DNA of 64,000 nt from a virus (taxonomy: Duplodnaviria > Heunggongvirae > Uroviricota > Caudoviricetes). Made by a program: the position numbers and the translations under genes. Location of the stretch: positions 5,256 through 69,255 of IMG/VR virus record IMGVR_UViG_3300047444_000753; one strand, 5' to 3'. The notes under the pieces were generated by a model. The model did not search any database. It worked only from the letters and a program-made list of their open reading frames with translations, and was not told where the DNA came from. The first letter of the stretch is position 1. Each line of letters opens with the position of its first letter. Shown here in pieces: positions 62,594 through 64,000 of the stretch.

Positions 62594-62800
62594 ATGGGCG
62601 ACAGCAACATCGAACTGAGTTTCACTGATGACGACGAAGAGGTGTTCACCGTCAAGGATCTTGCGGACGGGCACATGATCGAGCTGTCAGTAAAGACCCC
62701 TGACGGATCTTACAAGAACATCCAGTTCTACACGGCGGACGCTAAGACGTTGGTCCACATGATCGCGACTGTCGCCCGGGGTCAGGGGGTGGAGGTGTGA
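62594..62800 (+). CDS. hypothetical protein (68 aa)
   Basis: TAAGGAG RBS. Confidence 0.7.
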   Translation: MGDSNIELSFTDDDEEVFTVKDLADGHMIELSVKTPDGSYKNIQFYTADAKTLVHMIATVARGQGVEV

Positions 62801-62952
62801 CCTTCGACCCGATGTTCATCACGACGAACTTCTTCCTGCAGTCCCAGCGGGCTGCAGAGCTTATGGCCGAGCGCGACGAGAAGATGATCAAGGTCATCGA
62901 AGACCTGCGGGTGTCCGGCTACTCGCTCAAATCCATCAGCTACGACTACTGA
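62797..62952 (+). CDS. small hypothetical protein (51 aa)
   Basis: GTGA overlap start preceded by GGGGGTGGAGG. Confidence 0.45.
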   Translation: MTFDPMFITTNFFLQSQRAAELMAERDEKMIKVIEDLRVSGYSLKSISYDY

Positions 62953-62965
62953 AAGGACATACACT

Positions 62966-63343
62966 ATGACAAGTTTTGAAGATGCCGAAAGACGCATTGG
63001 TATGCATATCAAGTCTGACCACCCCTACGCCTACAACTCCGGCAAATGGGCCACGATCGTCTCGGTCGAGCAGCGCCCTGACCGGATCGTCTGGGGTCTG
63101 GTCTGGCCGGACGGCAAGGCGGACACGTGGGTCGTGGACGACGAGCTGGGGGACTACAAGTTCCGGGACCCCTTCCAGTCCGTGGAGATCGCTCTGCGGG
63201 CACTGGACACCCTGCAGGAGATCGCGCTGGCCGTAATGTGGGACGAGATGACGGAAGGTGTCCGTGCCCCGCGTGAGCTGCGCAACGAGCTGAAGCGGCT
63301 CCTTGAGGACTACCCCCGGAAGAAAGCGGCGGCGGAAGCATGA
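62966..63343 (+). CDS. hypothetical protein (125 aa)
   Basis: GAAAGGACAT RBS. Confidence 0.7.
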   Translation: MTSFEDAERRIGMHIKSDHPYAYNSGKWATIVSVEQRPDRIVWGLVWPDGKADTWVVDDELGDYKFRDPFQSVEIALRALDTLQEIALAVMWDEMTEGVRAPRELRNELKRLLEDYPRKKAAAEA

Positions 63344-63564
63344 CCGAACGCGAGTGGGGCGTCGTCTACACCCGGCACGGGAACATCCACACCAAGTGGG
63401 GCTACATCCGGAACCCGCTGGACCAGCTTGACGCGGACGGACAGATCAATATCGGCAAGCGCGACTGGGTCGATGTCTACGAGATCAAGAGCCGTCCCGT
63501 AATGGAAGAACGCAGTGAGTGGCAGTCACCTGACTGCCCGTGGAGAAAGGAAACCGACGCGTGA
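63340..63564 (+). CDS. hypothetical protein (74 aa)
   Basis: ATGA overlap. Confidence 0.6.
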   Translation: MTEREWGVVYTRHGNIHTKWGYIRNPLDQLDADGQINIGKRDWVDVYEIKSRPVMEERSEWQSPDCPWRKETDA

Positions 63565-63692
63565 GAAACTTCAGCATTCTGACCCCGTTCTGCGCCCTGA
63601 TGGGGCACGACTACCGGGACACACGGAACACCACCAACTACATCTATCAGGAGTACAGGCTGTGCAGCGCGGAACGGAAGCTCAAGAAATGA
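63561..63692 (+). CDS. small hypothetical protein (43 aa)
   Basis: GTGA overlap at its 5' end and ATGA overlap at its 3' end. Confidence 0.35.
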   Translation: MRNFSILTPFCALMGHDYRDTRNTTNYIYQEYRLCSAERKLKK

Positions 63693-63898
63693 GCCTGCGC
63701 CGGGGAGGAAACTACGATGACTACGCCTTTGTCAAGGTGGTAGACATCGAGAAGCGGGCATGGGCCGATGTTGAACGCCTGCGCCTCAAGGGGGCGTCGG
63801 ATGCCGATGTCGAACGCGCCACGCTGCGAGCACAGAGCTGGACGGATCTGATCCACACATACCTCAAGGGAAAGAAGATGCAAGATGGAGTTGAGTAA
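63689..63898 (+). CDS. hypothetical protein (69 aa)
   Basis: ATGA overlap. Confidence 0.55.
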   Translation: MSLRRGGNYDDYAFVKVVDIEKRAWADVERLRLKGASDADVERATLRAQSWTDLIHTYLKGKKMQDGVE

Positions 63899-64000
63899 AT
63901 TCGCGGAGAAATACTTCTCCGAATACGCCGGTCGGAGCGTTCCACTGGATCTGCTTCTCGCATGGCTGTCAGAGAACCACTGGCACCCGGAGCCTGATGA
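63885..64000 (+). CDS. hypothetical protein (3' end cut by window)
   Basis: ATG overlapping the previous gene. Open to the window edge. Confidence 0.45.
   Translation, partial: MELSKFAEKYFSEYAGRSVPLDLLLAWLSENHWHPEPD

Noticed and set aside
1-64000. Integrase, attP or prophage-boundary signals
   Set aside because: No tyrosine or serine recombinase motifs were recognised and no obvious att-like core shared with a tRNA 3' end was seen. The tRNA fragments are more parsimoniously explained by HNH-mediated rearrangement.

Overview
The window reads as a 64-kb stretch of a large, high-GC (about 60%) tailed dsDNA phage genome. Its gene content points to an actinobacteriophage (host-tropism note under features 10996..12699). 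Nearly all genes are on the + strand; three short blocks (25.4–27.8, 46.6–48.3 and 48.6–48.8 kb) run on the − strand. All calls below are from reading the sequence and recognising motifs; nothing was searched or computed.

Main content, left to right:
- A class Ib ribonucleotide reductase operon (nrdI, nrdE, nrdF) with a free-standing GIY-YIG/NUMOD homing endonuclease wedged between nrdE and nrdF.
- A very dense tRNA array from 4.4 to 7.4 kb, with satellites at 8.4, 9.9, 15.8–16.4, 22.5, 23.7 and 24.4 kb. I count about 29 foldable tRNAs, including a bacterial-type initiator tRNA, plus several broken or rearranged tRNA-like elements and embedded HNH endonucleases.
- A small 2H-phosphoesterase (Acb1/LigT-like) next to an SNase-like nuclease, directly after the array.
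- A lysis cassette: multidomain endolysin, secreted NlpC/P60 peptidase, small membrane proteins and a lipoprotein.
- rIIA/rIIB homologues, a vWA protein, and sugar-modification genes (one epimerase/dehydratase, two glycosyltransferases).
- A reverse-strand two-gene island (papain-like peptidase plus Zn-finger metallophosphoesterase).
- PIN-PhoH, an AAA+ ATPase, a WhiB-like regulator, and a replication module (DinG-like helicase, primase-polymerase, D5-type SF3 helicase).
- A macro-domain protein, a large terminase subunit on the − strand, many small overlapping ORFs, and collagen-like tail-fibre genes.
- About 18 sigma70-type promoters (TTGACA, 16–18 nt spacer, then TATAGT or TACACT) and about 15 intrinsic terminators.

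The most unusual observations are the permuted or disrupted tRNA-like elements (9.54–9.92 kb, 5.96–6.09 kb), the Acb1/LigT-like 2H enzyme next to the tRNA set, the macro-domain gene, and the reverse-strand peptidase/phosphoesterase island.
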